From: Folioceros fuciformis
Taxonomy: Eukaryota
Direction of reading: 5' to 3'
DNA: 43,203 bases
Assembly (NCBI GenBank): GCA_049999805.1
Contig: JBNGIO010006371.1
Coordinates: 169,747-212,949, forward strand
The position numbers and the translations under genes were made by a program. Below are positions 1-16,088 of the stretch, in pieces (the stretch's first letter is position 1; the number at the start of each line of letters is the position of its first letter). The notes beneath the pieces are model-generated. The model searched no databases, was not told where the DNA came from, and was given only the letters and a program-made list of their open reading frames with translations.

Positions 1-261
1 TCCATATAACTCTAGCCCTCGCCCCTGCTTGGTCGTAGCTGTTTGGATCCTCCGATAGCCTCTTAAATCTACATTCCGAATGCTCACCTCGAAAGGCGGC
101 ATCGCATTGAAACCCGATGAAACCCGTTGATATGGTATGGTAGTTACGGATTCCATTAGGGATATTTCCGTGCTCGCTCTCGTTGAGGAAAAGGGGCCGC
201 AGGAATTGGCAAGGACTGGAAGAGTCAAATGCTTGCCGAAAAAGTGTTTCCATGCTAAGCA

Positions 262-401
262 AGGCTTCATCAATGCTGTTTACCCAGACACCCAACCTCC
301 TTTTCATACGTTTGATAGCTTCATCAATTCTGTTCACCCAGGCACCCAAGCTCCTTTTCATAAGTTTGGTAGCTTCATCACTGCTATTCACCCAGGCACC
401 C
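262..401. repeat. ~54-bp tandem repeat, ~2.6 copies
   Basis: Unit gcttcatcaatNctgttNacccagNcacccaaNctccttttcataNgtttgNta repeated with 54-bp period. Confidence 0.85.
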
Positions 402-475
402 TCCCATGCTCCCAGGTCTTCTAGGTTCCTGGAGGCCCCAACTCGAACCACTTTTTGGCGTTGAGTCTAAGAGAA

Positions 476-5166
<4,691 letters not shown>

Positions 5167-6412
5167 CTGCAGCAGAACGTAGAACGCGAGGACTCGATTA
5201 GTTGGTCGAGTGAACTGTGATAGACTTCTACTCCTTCTTCTAGTCATCCGCAAATCCCAGCTCCGATCAATCCACCCATAGAAATTCCATGCTACGATGG
5301 TAGGTGCCTGGAGTTCTACACATTCAATGGTCACCTGCCTCGCACGTTATCTCTGACCGAAGGTCACGACACCTACCCGTCCAAAGTTCGACTCCTGGAA
5401 TCTGCCATCGATTCTAGCAAGTCCAGTTAGCCTGCCCTCTCCTCGCTCTGGTCTCAAAACTTGGCCGAACACGATCCAAGCCCCTAACTGCAACACTATG
5501 ATGTCCTACCCTGCACACCCTCACGCTCACACAGAATGGCTACACAGCTGTCCTCAATCATCCTCCACGCGACATTCCGGCACGAAATCTCCTTCCTTGC
5601 ACATTTTCAAGAACAGAATCACACTGTAATCGCAACTGAACTTCCTTCCCGTGGTGGCCACCGCTGAGAAGTACCTCACGCAATGCATCATTTCTAGGTG
5701 GACTCCCTTCAAAATAATGTGGATTTGGGCTAGTAACGGAGGGTCTGGCTGTGTGGATCCCTCGGCCGGTCCGACCTCACCGAGATACGACAACCTGACG
5801 GCCGAATGGGTCGACCACAGCTGGAGACGAAAGCCAATGAGTTCTAGCCAGTCCGAATATCCTAGTCCACACGACCCGCTCTCCGGGTCACACGCCGGCC
5901 AGCAAGGACAGTCAACTGACAAGGGTCCTTCCTCGCCGCAAGCACTTCAAGGAAGGGTATGAGATCCTTCGCCCGGATTTAATTAGCCATGACAACCATG
6001 CAACCCAAACAAAATACGATGCGAGGATTCCAGAAGATTGATTCCGTGATGACACGATCTTCTTCGAGAAGTGAGTTCCAAGCTTTTCATCTCTGAAGCA
6101 CCTGTACAAGAGTTCGATAACCAACCGAATCTCATTTCACACATTACAACATCATTTACGCTTTGTCTCGGGCAGTTTCCTTCCACCCCTGATTCTTTAA
6201 TTCATTGCCAACAATGGTTGGCGAAGACTATCCGCGACCCGCGCCGGCCAAACACCGGCCGTCACCGACATTCCACAACCACGCGATGCGTCAGCCTGCT
6301 CCTCTCCTCGGAGAACATGCGAGGCACGAGCAACAGGGCAGTGGCAGTGGTCGTTTTATGAGTCATTGAGAAGGAGCAAGGACTGGAACTTGGGCCTAAA
6401 GAATGGTGGCCA

Positions 6413-6963
6413 CTACAATTCATCCTCTGTCCGTAGATACTCCCCTAGGTCAGCCTGGCGTAGAGCCACAATATCGTTCGGCTGCAGCTTCCTGCAATCC
6501 TGTGTAGACTTGGCAGCCACGCCGAACCCTAGCGGCACATCCGACATGGAGAAGATCACCACACCTTCGTACCGAGCTGTGTTGTCGGTGATCCGGCCCA
6601 GCCCGCTCTTGAGCACATGGTTGCCGTAGAGGAAGAGCTGCTCCGCCGAAGGCTTGATCCAAATCTTATGCTTGGCGTGCGCCGCCAGCAGGTCAAGGCA
6701 GGTGATGGTGAGCTGAAACTTGCCGCTCTTGGTGAACTTTCCCAGGCAAGTCCCCAGCCCCGCCAGATGCTCCTTCCCCACGTTGGTCGCCCGCCGCACC
6801 AGCGCGTCGCTCACGTAGAACACCCGCTGTTTGTGCAACCGCAGGCAGTAGCCTCCCGGCTCCGAGCCCGGGCCCTCGACCGCCGGCCGCTCGATCAGCT
6901 GCCGTAGGTTAGAGCCTACAAACTTGTGTAGCTTTTCCAAGACCTCCGTCGTCTCCTTCTCGT
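6413..6963 (-). CDS. NIP7: 60S ribosome biogenesis factor NIP7 (PUA domain); start lies in the N gap
   Basis: [70 protein letters not shown]; 5' end lost in gap 6964-7063. Confidence 0.95.
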
Positions 6964-7206
6964 NNNNNNNNNNNNNNNNNNNNNNNNNNNNNNNNNNNNN
7001 NNNNNNNNNNNNNNNNNNNNNNNNNNNNNNNNNNNNNNNNNNNNNNNNNNNNNNNNNNNNNNNAACTCTTTTCAAAACTAATTGGCTCTGGCGTCTTCGT
7101 TTTGATAGTCAGACTGGAGTCTAGATGAATAAGATTTGCCGGGAAAATATCGCCGTAGGCCGCAGCAACTACAGCCATATATTTATATACCTACCTATGT
7201 ATATGT

Positions 7207-10080
7207 ATGGGCTCAAAGCCAGCTGTTCCTGATTGGAGATTTTCGAGCGAGTTTCTCAAAGTGCACCAGCTCCAGCAAACATCTGTGTCAACATGCACTG
7301 AAGGCAGATCATCTGCTGGCATCCTTTCAAGGACTCATGCGTTTGCGAATAATGAAGCCAGGTGCAGCGGCACCTTGGCCAGATGCCTGGCTGGGCACTG
7401 GCATGGGTCCTTCTGGCGACGAAATTTTCTACCCCCCATAGGTGGGTGGACTAACAGGAAGCAACAGGGGAGGTCTCGTACGCCAGACTTCCACCCTAGG
7501 AAGTTTGAGGGGTTCGACTTGGCTTGGAGCTCCAGTAGCTCACCTTGGCTTGACACGGAGCTGGATGCTCCTGAGATTTATCGTGGCCCAACACCAACTT
7601 GGAGTCTGGAGCATGGTTTTGACGCTCGCAGGTCTGCAGGACACGGAAGAGCTGTAGCTTCTGATACTGTCAGCAAGTTATGTGAGCAGGGGCGGCTCGG
7701 TGAGGCAGTTGAGGCTCTGGGACTTCTTGTGCAGACCGATCACCACATCCTCAAAGCGCTGTTTTATACCGTGCTAAAGGAATGTGCGGCTAAGAAGGAT
7801 CTGCCTCTGGGTCGCCTTGTGCATGGTCTCATTGTGAAGAAGGGGTATGAATCGGACACGTTCTTGTGCAACCATATCCTGCGAATGTATGCTTCCCATG
7901 CCAGGTTGCACGAAGCTACAGATGTGTTCACCAAGGTTGTCCGTCCTGATTGCTACACCTGGTCTGCAATAATATCTGCGCATGTCAAGAATGGAGAAGA
8001 TACGCAGGCCATTCAACTGTATCGTAGGATGCGCAGGTCCAGTGTGAAGCCAGATAGTCATGTGTTTGTGGCAGCACTTCAAGCATGTGCAAGGGGAGCA
8101 AACTTGAAAGCTGGGCAGCAGGTGCATGCCGATGTGTTGAATAGTGGCATCAAGCCTGACTTGTTTGTGTGCAGCGGCTTGGTAGACATGTATGCCAAGT
8201 GTGGCTGCTTGAAAGAAGCTCAAAAAGTGTTTGATGGACTTCCTCAGAAAAGTGTGGTAACGTGGAGTGCCATGATTGCAGGATATGCCCAGCACGGCAT
8301 GGGGCAGGAAGCTCTTCATCTCTACAGGGCTATGCTGGAAGAGGGAAGTGTTATGCCGAATTCTGTGACCTTTTTGTCCGTCCTACAGGCATGTGCAAGT
8401 GTGGGGATACCGGCTCTGGAGGAGGGAAAGCAGCTTCATGCCCAAATTAGGGATCAACAAGGGCTACCACCGGATGTAGTCGTTGCAAACAGTTTGGTTA
8501 ACATGTATGCGAAGTGTGGCAGCTTAGAGGATGCTCAGAGCGTCTTTGATGAACTCAGTCAAAAAACGGTAGTGACATGGAATGCAATGATAGCGGGGTA
8601 TTCCCAGAACGGCATGGGGCAGAAAGCCCTTTCCCTTTACAGTGATATGGTAGATGAAGGCATGGTTGCACCCGATTGTGTGACTTTTGTGTGCCTCCTA
8701 CAGGCTTGCACATGTGTGGGAAGCCCAGCCTATGAGAAAGGGAAGCAGCTTCATGCACAAATAAGAGAACGAGGGCTTCTAGGTGATCTGTTTGTAGGCA
8801 ACAGCTTGGTAAACATGTATGCGAAGTGCGGCAGCACAAGGGACGCTCAGGCTGTCTTTGACGGGCTTGTCCAGAAGGATGTGGTGTCGTGGAATGCCAT
8901 GATAGCTGGATATTCACAGCAGGGCAAGGGACAGGAAGCCCTGCAACTGTACGATGTCATGCAAGAAGAAGGCGTCGTTGCACCTGATTCTGTGACGTTT
9001 GTGTGCCTGCTGCAGGCATGTGCAAGTGTGGGCGTCCTGGCTTTAGAGAAGGGGAAGCAGCTTCACAAGCATGTCAGAGAAAAAGGGCTCCACCATGAAG
9101 TCTTTGTAGGCAGCAGTTTGGTAAACATGTACGTGAAGTGTGGTAGCCTACCAGATGCTCAAGTTGTGTTCGACAGACTGAGTTTAAAAAATGTGATAAC
9201 GTGGAGCGCAATGATGACCGGATATGCTCGACAGGGCATGGGGCAGGAAGCCCTTGGTCTCTACAAGTCCATGCAGGAAGAAGGTATTGCTGCACTCGAT
9301 TCCCCGACATTTGTGTGCCTCCTTCAGGCATGCGCAAGTGTGTCAGCTTTGGATGTTGGCAGGCATCTTCATGCACGGATTAAAAATCAAGGACTTCAGG
9401 ATGATGTGCTTGTTGCCAGCAGTTTGGTGAACATGTATGCGAAGTCTGGTAGCATCGCTGATGCCCAGCGGGTGTTTGATTCTATGGTGGAAAAAGATGT
9501 CGTTACCTGGAGTGCACTGATTGCAGGATATACCCGTCAAGGAGACAGTGAGCAGGTGTTTCACTTAGTATTCAGAATGAAAGAGGATGGCATACAGCCA
9601 GACAGCGTCACGTTCCTGAGTGTGCTAACAGTATGCAGTCATACTGGTTTAGTTGACAAGGGCCGAGAGTATTTCGAGGCTATGAGCAGACACTACAACA
9701 TCTCTCCCTCGGCAGACCACTTCACGTGCATGGTAGACCTCCTGGGCAGAGCAGGACGAATGGATGAAGCAATAGCTGTGATAAGGGCAATGCCGACAGT
9801 GCCTGATGTTGCAGTTTGGCACACTCTTTTGGGTGCCTGCCGAAAATGGGGCAACGTGGAGGTGGGACGCGAAGCTTTCCATGAAGCAGTGAATCTAGAC
9901 GACAAGGATGATGCAGCATATGCGTTGATGTGGAACATTTACACCAGTTCACAGATGTGGGAGCAGGCACAGGAGATTCAGGCGAGGAGACTGAGCTACA
10001 AGGCATGGAAGCAGCCTGGCCAGAGCTGGTGGACAGACATGCACGGGCAGGTGCATAGTTTTGTGGTTGGAGATGAGTAG
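7207..10080 (+). CDS. Intronless PLS-class PPR protein with E1/E2 and WW-type PG box, DYW deaminase absent (organellar RNA-editing factor type)
   Basis: About 20 P/L/S motifs (VVTWNAMIAGY / VTFVCLLQAC / NSLVNMYAKCG), S2 HFTCMVDLLGRAG, E1 VWHTLLGAC, PG box KQPGQSWWTDMHGQVHSFVVGD, then TAG. Confidence 0.95.
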   Translation: MGSKPAVPDWRFSSEFLKVHQLQQTSVSTCTEGRSSAGILSRTHAFANNEARCSGTLARCLAGHWHGSFWRRNFLPPIGGWTNRKQQGRSRTPDFHPRKFEGFDLAWSSSSSPWLDTELDAPEIYRGPTPTWSLEHGFDARRSAGHGRAVASDTVSKLCEQGRLGEAVEALGLLVQTDHHILKALFYTVLKECAAKKDLPLGRLVHGLIVKKGYESDTFLCNHILRMYASHARLHEATDVFTKVVRPDCYTWSAIISAHVKNGEDTQAIQLYRRMRRSSVKPDSHVFVAALQACARGANLKAGQQVHADVLNSGIKPDLFVCSGLVDMYAKCGCLKEAQKVFDGLPQKSVVTWSAMIAGYAQHGMGQEALHLYRAMLEEGSVMPNSVTFLSVLQACASVGIPALEEGKQLHAQIRDQQGLPPDVVVANSLVNMYAKCGSLEDAQSVFDELSQKTVVTWNAMIAGYSQNGMGQKALSLYSDMVDEGMVAPDCVTFVCLLQACTCVGSPAYEKGKQLHAQIRERGLLGDLFVGNSLVNMYAKCGSTRDAQAVFDGLVQKDVVSWNAMIAGYSQQGKGQEALQLYDVMQEEGVVAPDSVTFVCLLQACASVGVLALEKGKQLHKHVREKGLHHEVFVGSSLVNMYVKCGSLPDAQVVFDRLSLKNVITWSAMMTGYARQGMGQEALGLYKSMQEEGIAALDSPTFVCLLQACASVSALDVGRHLHARIKNQGLQDDVLVASSLVNMYAKSGSIADAQRVFDSMVEKDVVTWSALIAGYTRQGDSEQVFHLVFRMKEDGIQPDSVTFLSVLTVCSHTGLVDKGREYFEAMSRHYNISPSADHFTCMVDLLGRAGRMDEAIAVIRAMPTVPDVAVWHTLLGACRKWGNVEVGREAFHEAVNLDDKDDAAYALMWNIYTSSQMWEQAQEIQARRLSYKAWKQPGQSWWTDMHGQVHSFVVGDE

Positions 10081-10661
10081 CACCTCGCATCTGGTCATCT
10101 GCGTTTCTAGAAAGTGGCCTCGCTCATGAGCAAACTCCCCGTTCTTTATGCAAAAATAATATTATCTTCTAGAATTCATTTAGAAAATCCTCGATCGACC
10201 TTCACCGGGGAAAAAGAAAAGGGTACAAGAAAAGGGCTCCACCGGCACAAACGACTTAGACACCATGCATCCGCAGCTTCCAAAGAAAGGATGAAACTGA
10301 CCGAAGGTGAAGCATTCAAAGGATTAGCTAGGAGGGTTGACAATCAAAGGTCCTATTACATATGGGTCATTGGCCTTGGAAGTGTGAAGTATGAGATTGA
10401 TTCCCCTCGCTCTAAGCTTGCCATCTCTTAACACCATGATTACACTTGGAAAGGAACCCATTCCATGTAACGGATTGATTCAAACTCTTAAGTGAAGCAG
10501 GTTTGATTGAAATAATTTGACAAGATACAAATTTCAGAGAATCTTGGGCATCAAAGTCCTAAACTTTTACACAACTATATCTATCGCTTAGCACTCACCA
10601 TAGAGTACAACATGGAACCTCAATCATTTCAACCTACTCTAAAAATGCTTGAAAACTTTTC

Positions 10662-11321
10662 CTACTTCTTCCATTTGATCAAGTATGGAGTGATGTCCTT
10701 TTCAATAGAACCTTCAAAATCCTTGTATTCAGTCGATTTGCAAACGTTATCTGATGCAATCATTATAGGCTCCATTGATTCAGGCAACATATACTCTGAT
10801 GTACTTACTATAGGCTCCAATGGTTTAGGCAACATATACTCTAATGCACTCACTATAGGCTCCAAAGGTTTAGGCAATATATACCCTGTGGGCTCAGCTG
10901 ATGTTGGCATGTCTTGCTCAGAGGATTGGATAATATAGCTTGCACCTTCCACATTGTTACCTTCGGAGCCTACAACACTCACTATTTCCACATCTTGCTC
11001 AGGGGATTGGATAATATAGCTCACACCTTCCATATCTTGATCTTCGGAGTCTACAACACTCACTCTTTCCACATTTTGCTCAGGGGATTGGATAATATAG
11101 CTCGCACCTTGCACACCTTGACCTTCAAAGCTTACAACACTCACTCTTTCCACATCTTGCTCAAGGAATTCGATCATCCCCACACTATGAACACTCTCAC
11201 ATTCCATCAATTGGGGAGACTGAACTTCATCTCCAGTCTCTCTAGGCAAGGAATCAACAACATTAGTTCCTTGGTCCACACACCCACAAAGGCAATATTT
11301 TCTCAACCATGACCACCCCAT
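10662..11321 (-). CDS. Orphan acidic repeat ORF (possibly TE-derived or a pseudogene)
   Basis: ATG at 11321 (MGWSWLRKYCLCGC); 27-aa and 15-aa repeats both in frame; no recognised domain. Confidence 0.35.
   Translation of the reverse strand: MGWSWLRKYCLCGCVDQGTNVVDSLPRETGDEVQSPQLMECESVHSVGMIEFLEQDVERVSVVSFEGQGVQGASYIIQSPEQNVERVSVVDSEDQDMEGVSYIIQSPEQDVEIVSVVGSEGNNVEGASYIIQSSEQDMPTSAEPTGYILPKPLEPIVSALEYMLPKPLEPIVSTSEYMLPESMEPIMIASDNVCKSTEYKDFEGSIEKDITPYLIKWKK
10761..10890. repeat. 45-bp tandem repeat, ~3 copies
   Basis: Unit ctataggctccaatggtttaggcaacatatactct... with 45-bp period. Confidence 0.85.
10914..11170. repeat. 81-bp tandem repeat, ~3 copies
   Basis: ttgctcagNggattggataatatagct...tacaacactcact..tccacat starting at ~10914, 10995, 11076, partial at 11157. 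Confidence 0.88.
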
Positions 11322-12429
11322 GCTTGCAGAATTTGGGATCAATCTTTGTGTGGTGCAAAATATGAGGAGAAAAAGAACAGAACTATTGACAAAACGATAC
11401 ACACTCAAGGTGTTGACTATATGTACATATATAGATGAAACTTGTTCTTAAATCTCGATTATATATTCTTGGATGTCGCTCACATAACATTGACTGTTGT
11501 TCACTCAAAGGATATAGGGTTTGAGGGTTTAGGGTGGGGTGGATGATATATTTCATTAGTATTTTAACAGCTCTCACTAATCCTTTATATTTGTTAACAA
11601 GTTTGAGGTTGGTGAAGAGTTGTGTGGAAGTACATAACTACATTAAAAGGAAAGATGAGAAATTCATCAACCCTGAACTCAGAGGAGGGAGCTCCTTCAA
11701 GATTGGGCCAAAGGCCAATAGTAGGACTAGCTCCCTCATGTACCTTTCTTGTAGTTAGAAATGATATTGTGATACGAGATGATGCAGGCCCTTACCACTA
11801 GTGCTGAGTAATTAGCAAATAGTTGTCTTGGTCCTAAACTACATTGGCTAGCATGCTGTGCAAAGCTAGAGAAATGCCTTGTCCAAAGAAAGCCACAACA
11901 TGGGGAACATTAAGACCCCTCATATTCTTGTGGATGCTAGCTTGTTTGGTTAGATTAACTTGAAGAAGTCATCGTCTGTAGTCCTATGAGTCTCTAGGAC
12001 AAGAGGACTAAAACATGGCTAGCCAACTTTTAGGTTTGATGACATCGTGCTTGCATTTGGAGTCGTGATTGCTGCATTAGTAATATAGATTTGCTCCCCA
12101 AGGTGAAAAAAACGTTTGTCCTTAAAGACATGCTATTTCTCAATGCCTGCAATGGCTCCACGATCTGATCTCAAACCTTTATCATCGAAAACATGTTGAA
12201 GGAGATCATAGAAAACAAAGCAAATGAGATACTAGATGTTTTATATCCTTGTGCTGAAAGGATTTGTGGTTTGGAAAGAAGGGAAGAAGAGGTTTGCATG
12301 CTCAAGTCAATTGTTGCTATTCTTGAGGATGAGAGGATGAGGCAGAATAATTGGTGTGTATGCAAAATCATGGTGTGCATGCCTAAAACTTCCATAGAAT
12401 CATGGTCTGCTTGACAAAATTCCTAGGAG

Positions 12430-12640
12430 AGTTGGTTGTTGCTACTCGTGAGAGGGTGAGGTATATCTCAGGAGTCCATTGTTGCTACTCTTGAGAGGAT
12501 GAGACAAAATCCATGACCTCCATTGTTGCTACTCTTGAGAGGATGAGACAGAAACATGATCTGCATGGTCGAAACTTCTAAGAGAGTTGATTGTAACTCC
12601 CCATAGAGTCGGTTGTTGCTACTCCCGATAGGATGAGTGG
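12430..12640. repeat. Degenerate short repeats (gttgctactcttgagaggatgag) in an AT-rich, CpG-poor island
   Basis: Four near-identical copies at ~12438, 12481, 12525, 12615. Confidence 0.65.
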
Positions 12641-13064
12641 TGTGCATAGATCCCAATAGAGTAGATACGTAAGGGCCAAAGCAAAGGCGATGAAAACATT
12701 CCAGCTACAGTTGTGAGATTTGTGTGGAGGAAACACTTGAGCCGGAGTTCGATTCGCGAGCTTTGTGTGGAGAGAAACAGCGCTGTGGAGGGCTTGGACA
12801 GCAAGCTTGTGAAGAGTGTCGAGGGCAGTTGCCAAGCGCGGTGCGCGGAGCCAAGTGCCTTGTTGCGAGAGTGTGATGGATTGTGTAAAAGCTTTTCCTA
12901 GTGGCTGTGAAAGGAGGGGCATGTCGGCAGGCGCACGAGAGAGGGGAGAACCCTAGGTTGGAGCCAACTCGGTGTTCTGTTTGCGTTGGGCGGAGGAGAC
13001 GTGACCCCAGCATCGAGACGCACCAATAATGGCCAGGTTGCGGGATTTTGAAATATGTACATAC

Positions 13065-13440
13065 GTGGACGACATGGCCACGTGGGAAAATGCGACCTGG
13101 CGTAGGAGGAATCACGGCGGATAGCATGTGAGGATGATCGAGTTGGCAGGCCTATCCGCTCGCCTCGACTCGCCGGTTGGGCTTGTTTTTTGGCTTTGTC
13201 CAGCACGTAGTGCATATAGTTGCTGGCCTGTACAAATGCAGGCCGTCTGTACGTACAGCCCAGGCCGGTAGTTAGGTGGGTAAAGGGGAGAGGTAAAGTG
13301 TCCATATATGACGTGGTGGTGTCGTCGGAAGAGACGAAGGCCCATCGGTTTGTCTCCTTCCCCGCCTTGCTTGCGTTCATTTGGTGGACGATTCGTGCTC
13401 GATTCACGTCTCCCACGACTCGGCGCGAGACGTGGTGTGC
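13065..13440 (+). promoter_or_regulatory. Cluster of ACGT-core (G-box/ABRE-like) motifs upstream of SnRK1 beta
   Basis: tacgtgg ~13062, ccacgtgg ~13078, cacgta ~13204, gacgtgg ~13310 and ~13429, cacgtc ~13405. Confidence 0.4.
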
Positions 13441-14313
13441 TCGCGCGGTGTGGATCTTGATCTTGCTGCGGGGGCTGCTGGCGCCGTGGAGGATTGCTTG
13501 AGCTGGGACTGGACGGCGTGGGTTCGGGCTCGGGCTCGTGCTCGGTGTGCCGGGTTGTGGAGGTGTAATCGCGGGAGATCCGGTTGCATCCGGAGGGAGA
13601 GTAGGATTGGATTAGGTCGGGGGTAAGGAGAAGAGGGCGGGTAGATGAAATGATGCGGGCTGGTGAGGGCAAGCTGAGGGGAGGAGGAGGAGGAGGGGAA
13701 GGGGCTGCACTCCAGCGGAAAGCTTGCAGCCAGGTATCTTTCTTTCTCTCTCGGTGACTCACGCACATACGCTGGCACGCGCAGGCGGATAGCCTTTTAT
13801 GGTGTGGACTGCTCAGGCTGCCTCGTTCTCGGCAGCGGAAGCAATGTGCTTGTGCAGGCATCTGGTTCTGGATTTTGGGCTTGCATCGTCTCAAGTCGCT
13901 GCTGTGAGGCCTGGATTCCGTGATTGACGTGTCGGCTCGGTCTCGTTCCCCCGGGGCCTCGGGGGATTGGGGTCGGCAGTAGGCTTTAAGGGTTTTGTCC
14001 CCATCTGCCTGGCGCTGATTGTTTGGTGAGGTGCTGCCGGCTGGCTGGCTGTCTCTGCGTGATACCCAGTCCGGAATTGTGTAGCCCTGGCCCAGACTGA
14101 GATAACCAGCCGTACTGTCGCTTGAGGCCGCTAGGGCAGCGGCCCGAGTGAGTGAACCAGTAGTTGGTGACGGAACCCTGCCTGCTCTGCGTCCGTGCGA
14201 GAAGCGAAAGAGTTGTCACAGAAGAGTTGTTGTTGTTGTGATCTCGATCGTAGCACGAGAGCAGGCAAGGATTTGTTGGCCGGGGTGAAAGGATCTGGCC
14301 TGGAGGGAGAGGC

Positions 14314-15549
14314 ATGGGCAACGTAAATTCCGGTGTCAGGGAGGCTGTGCCGGCGGACAAAGGGAGGGCCGGCCCGGAAGCTCAGGCTCAAGCTCAGGCT
14401 CATCCTATTCACCCCCATACCCGTGTGCATCATCAGGTACAAGGTGGCCGTCAGCATCATTATGTGCCAGGAGGAGGATCTCGGTTGGGCCGCATAGGTT
14501 CTAGTGAGTCCATGGGACACAGCCCGCCTGAAAGCCCCAGCAGTGCCACCCGCTCGCCCCTCTTGTTTACACCCCAGATCACAACGGTCCCAATTCCAAG
14601 AGCAGGAGAGTTCGTTATGGGTTCCTATTACTCAGGTATATGGTCTGAGGTGCCTTGCGTGATATAGCATTTGTTTGCAACACTCCCTTCACATCTCTCA
14701 GGGCTGTCTGTACCCTTGTCCGCCTGTGGTTTCTTGTGACCGTTATCCTGGTCCATTGATCAGAGGACCCTTAGGTCTCTCAACACAGCTCCCAAGGTCA
14801 TGCTCCAGTGACTTTGTATCTTGGAATGGACTGGTTTCCTTTCACTTGTCCTTGTTAGACAGGGACAAAATCGTTGATGACCTGTTCGATTTGCTTTGTG
14901 GGTATGCTGAATTGACACAAGTATTTGCTCGACAGGTCTATATGATGGCCAAGGAGATGAGGAGCAGCGACGTTTTCACCAAGGTGTCCCGACTATGATA
15001 GTCTGGAGTCACGGAGGAGAGAGTGTTTCAGTGGAAGGCTCCTGGGACAATTGGACTGTTCGTCATCCCTTGCAGAGATCTGGCAAGGACTCTACCCTGG
15101 TGAAGGTTTTACCCTCCGGAGTGTACCAGTACAAGTTTATCGTGGACGGAGAGTGGAGGTACGCACCTGATCAGCCTGCCGTGTTTGACGAGATGGGCAA
15201 TGTGAACAACGTCCTCGACGTTCAAGACTATGTGCCTGAGAATTTGGACAACATTGCTGGCTTCGATCCACCAAAATCACCCGACTCAAGCTATACCGAC
15301 CCTTTCCCCGGTCCTGAAGATTTCAGCAAAGAGCCTCCTCTGGTCCCTGACCAGCTGCATCTCACTCTCCTGAACGTTCCACCGATGGTGGAAGTTCCTG
15401 GTGCGCTGCCCCGCCCTCAGCATGTGATCCTGAACCACCTCTATGTGGAGAAGGGGATGAGCTCGAGGTCTGTGCTGTCGTTGGGTGCAACACACAGGTT
15501 TAGGACAAAGTATGTCACAGTTGTCTTGTACAAGCCCCTTAGAAAGTAG
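14314..15549 (+). CDS. SnRK1/AMPK beta regulatory subunit; exons 14314-14635 and 14936-15549
   Basis: N-myristoylation start MGNVNS; carbohydrate-binding module ([19 protein letters not shown]); ASC domain ([25 protein letters not shown]); GT-AG intron 14636-14935 restores frame. Confidence 0.95.
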
Positions 15550-16088
15550 GAACAGAACTAGAACTCCCAAGTTCGTGCAACGCCAGTCGCCCTCTCAGAT
15601 CAGGTGCTCAATTCATTTTGGATGGAGTGGACCCGACATTCAGGACGTGTGGAAGGTGTCCAGTCTTGCCACCGAGGACATCCTTTCCACGTTTAAGCAG
15701 CAGAAGATAATGTGGAGGAAGAATTCCACTGCCCTGACTGTCAGCCTTTTGGCCTTGGACTGGTCGTAATCAAACGTGTGTGTACGATACTGTAATGTAT
15801 GCAAAAATGTGCATTTGTTTCCTCCCATTATGAACTAGGGGTGTACACTTCCTTGGCTGTACAAGAGACTGGATAAATACCCTCGCAGAGTCTGGATTGA
15901 CGCCTACGAAATACAACTCAACCCGGACCCTGCCTCACCCTGAGCCACAAGGTAGCCTCGGTTACTCCTACCGCCACCCCGCTTCAGCGTGATAGGGAGC
16001 AAGGCAGTGGCCTCCAATACAAATGCAAGTTGGTGGCAGGATGTTGCTGGCATAGAACTGCACCTCAAATCGTCTACAGAAAAGCAGC

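Noticed and set aside
6046..6097. C/D-box snoRNA-like GTGATGA...CTGA
   Set aside because: Only ~50 nt, with no terminal stem or recognisable rRNA guide
12898..13894. Minus-strand Pro/Ser-rich ORFs upstream of SnRK1 beta
   Set aside because: Low-complexity GC/GA-rich promoter and leader sequence read antisense
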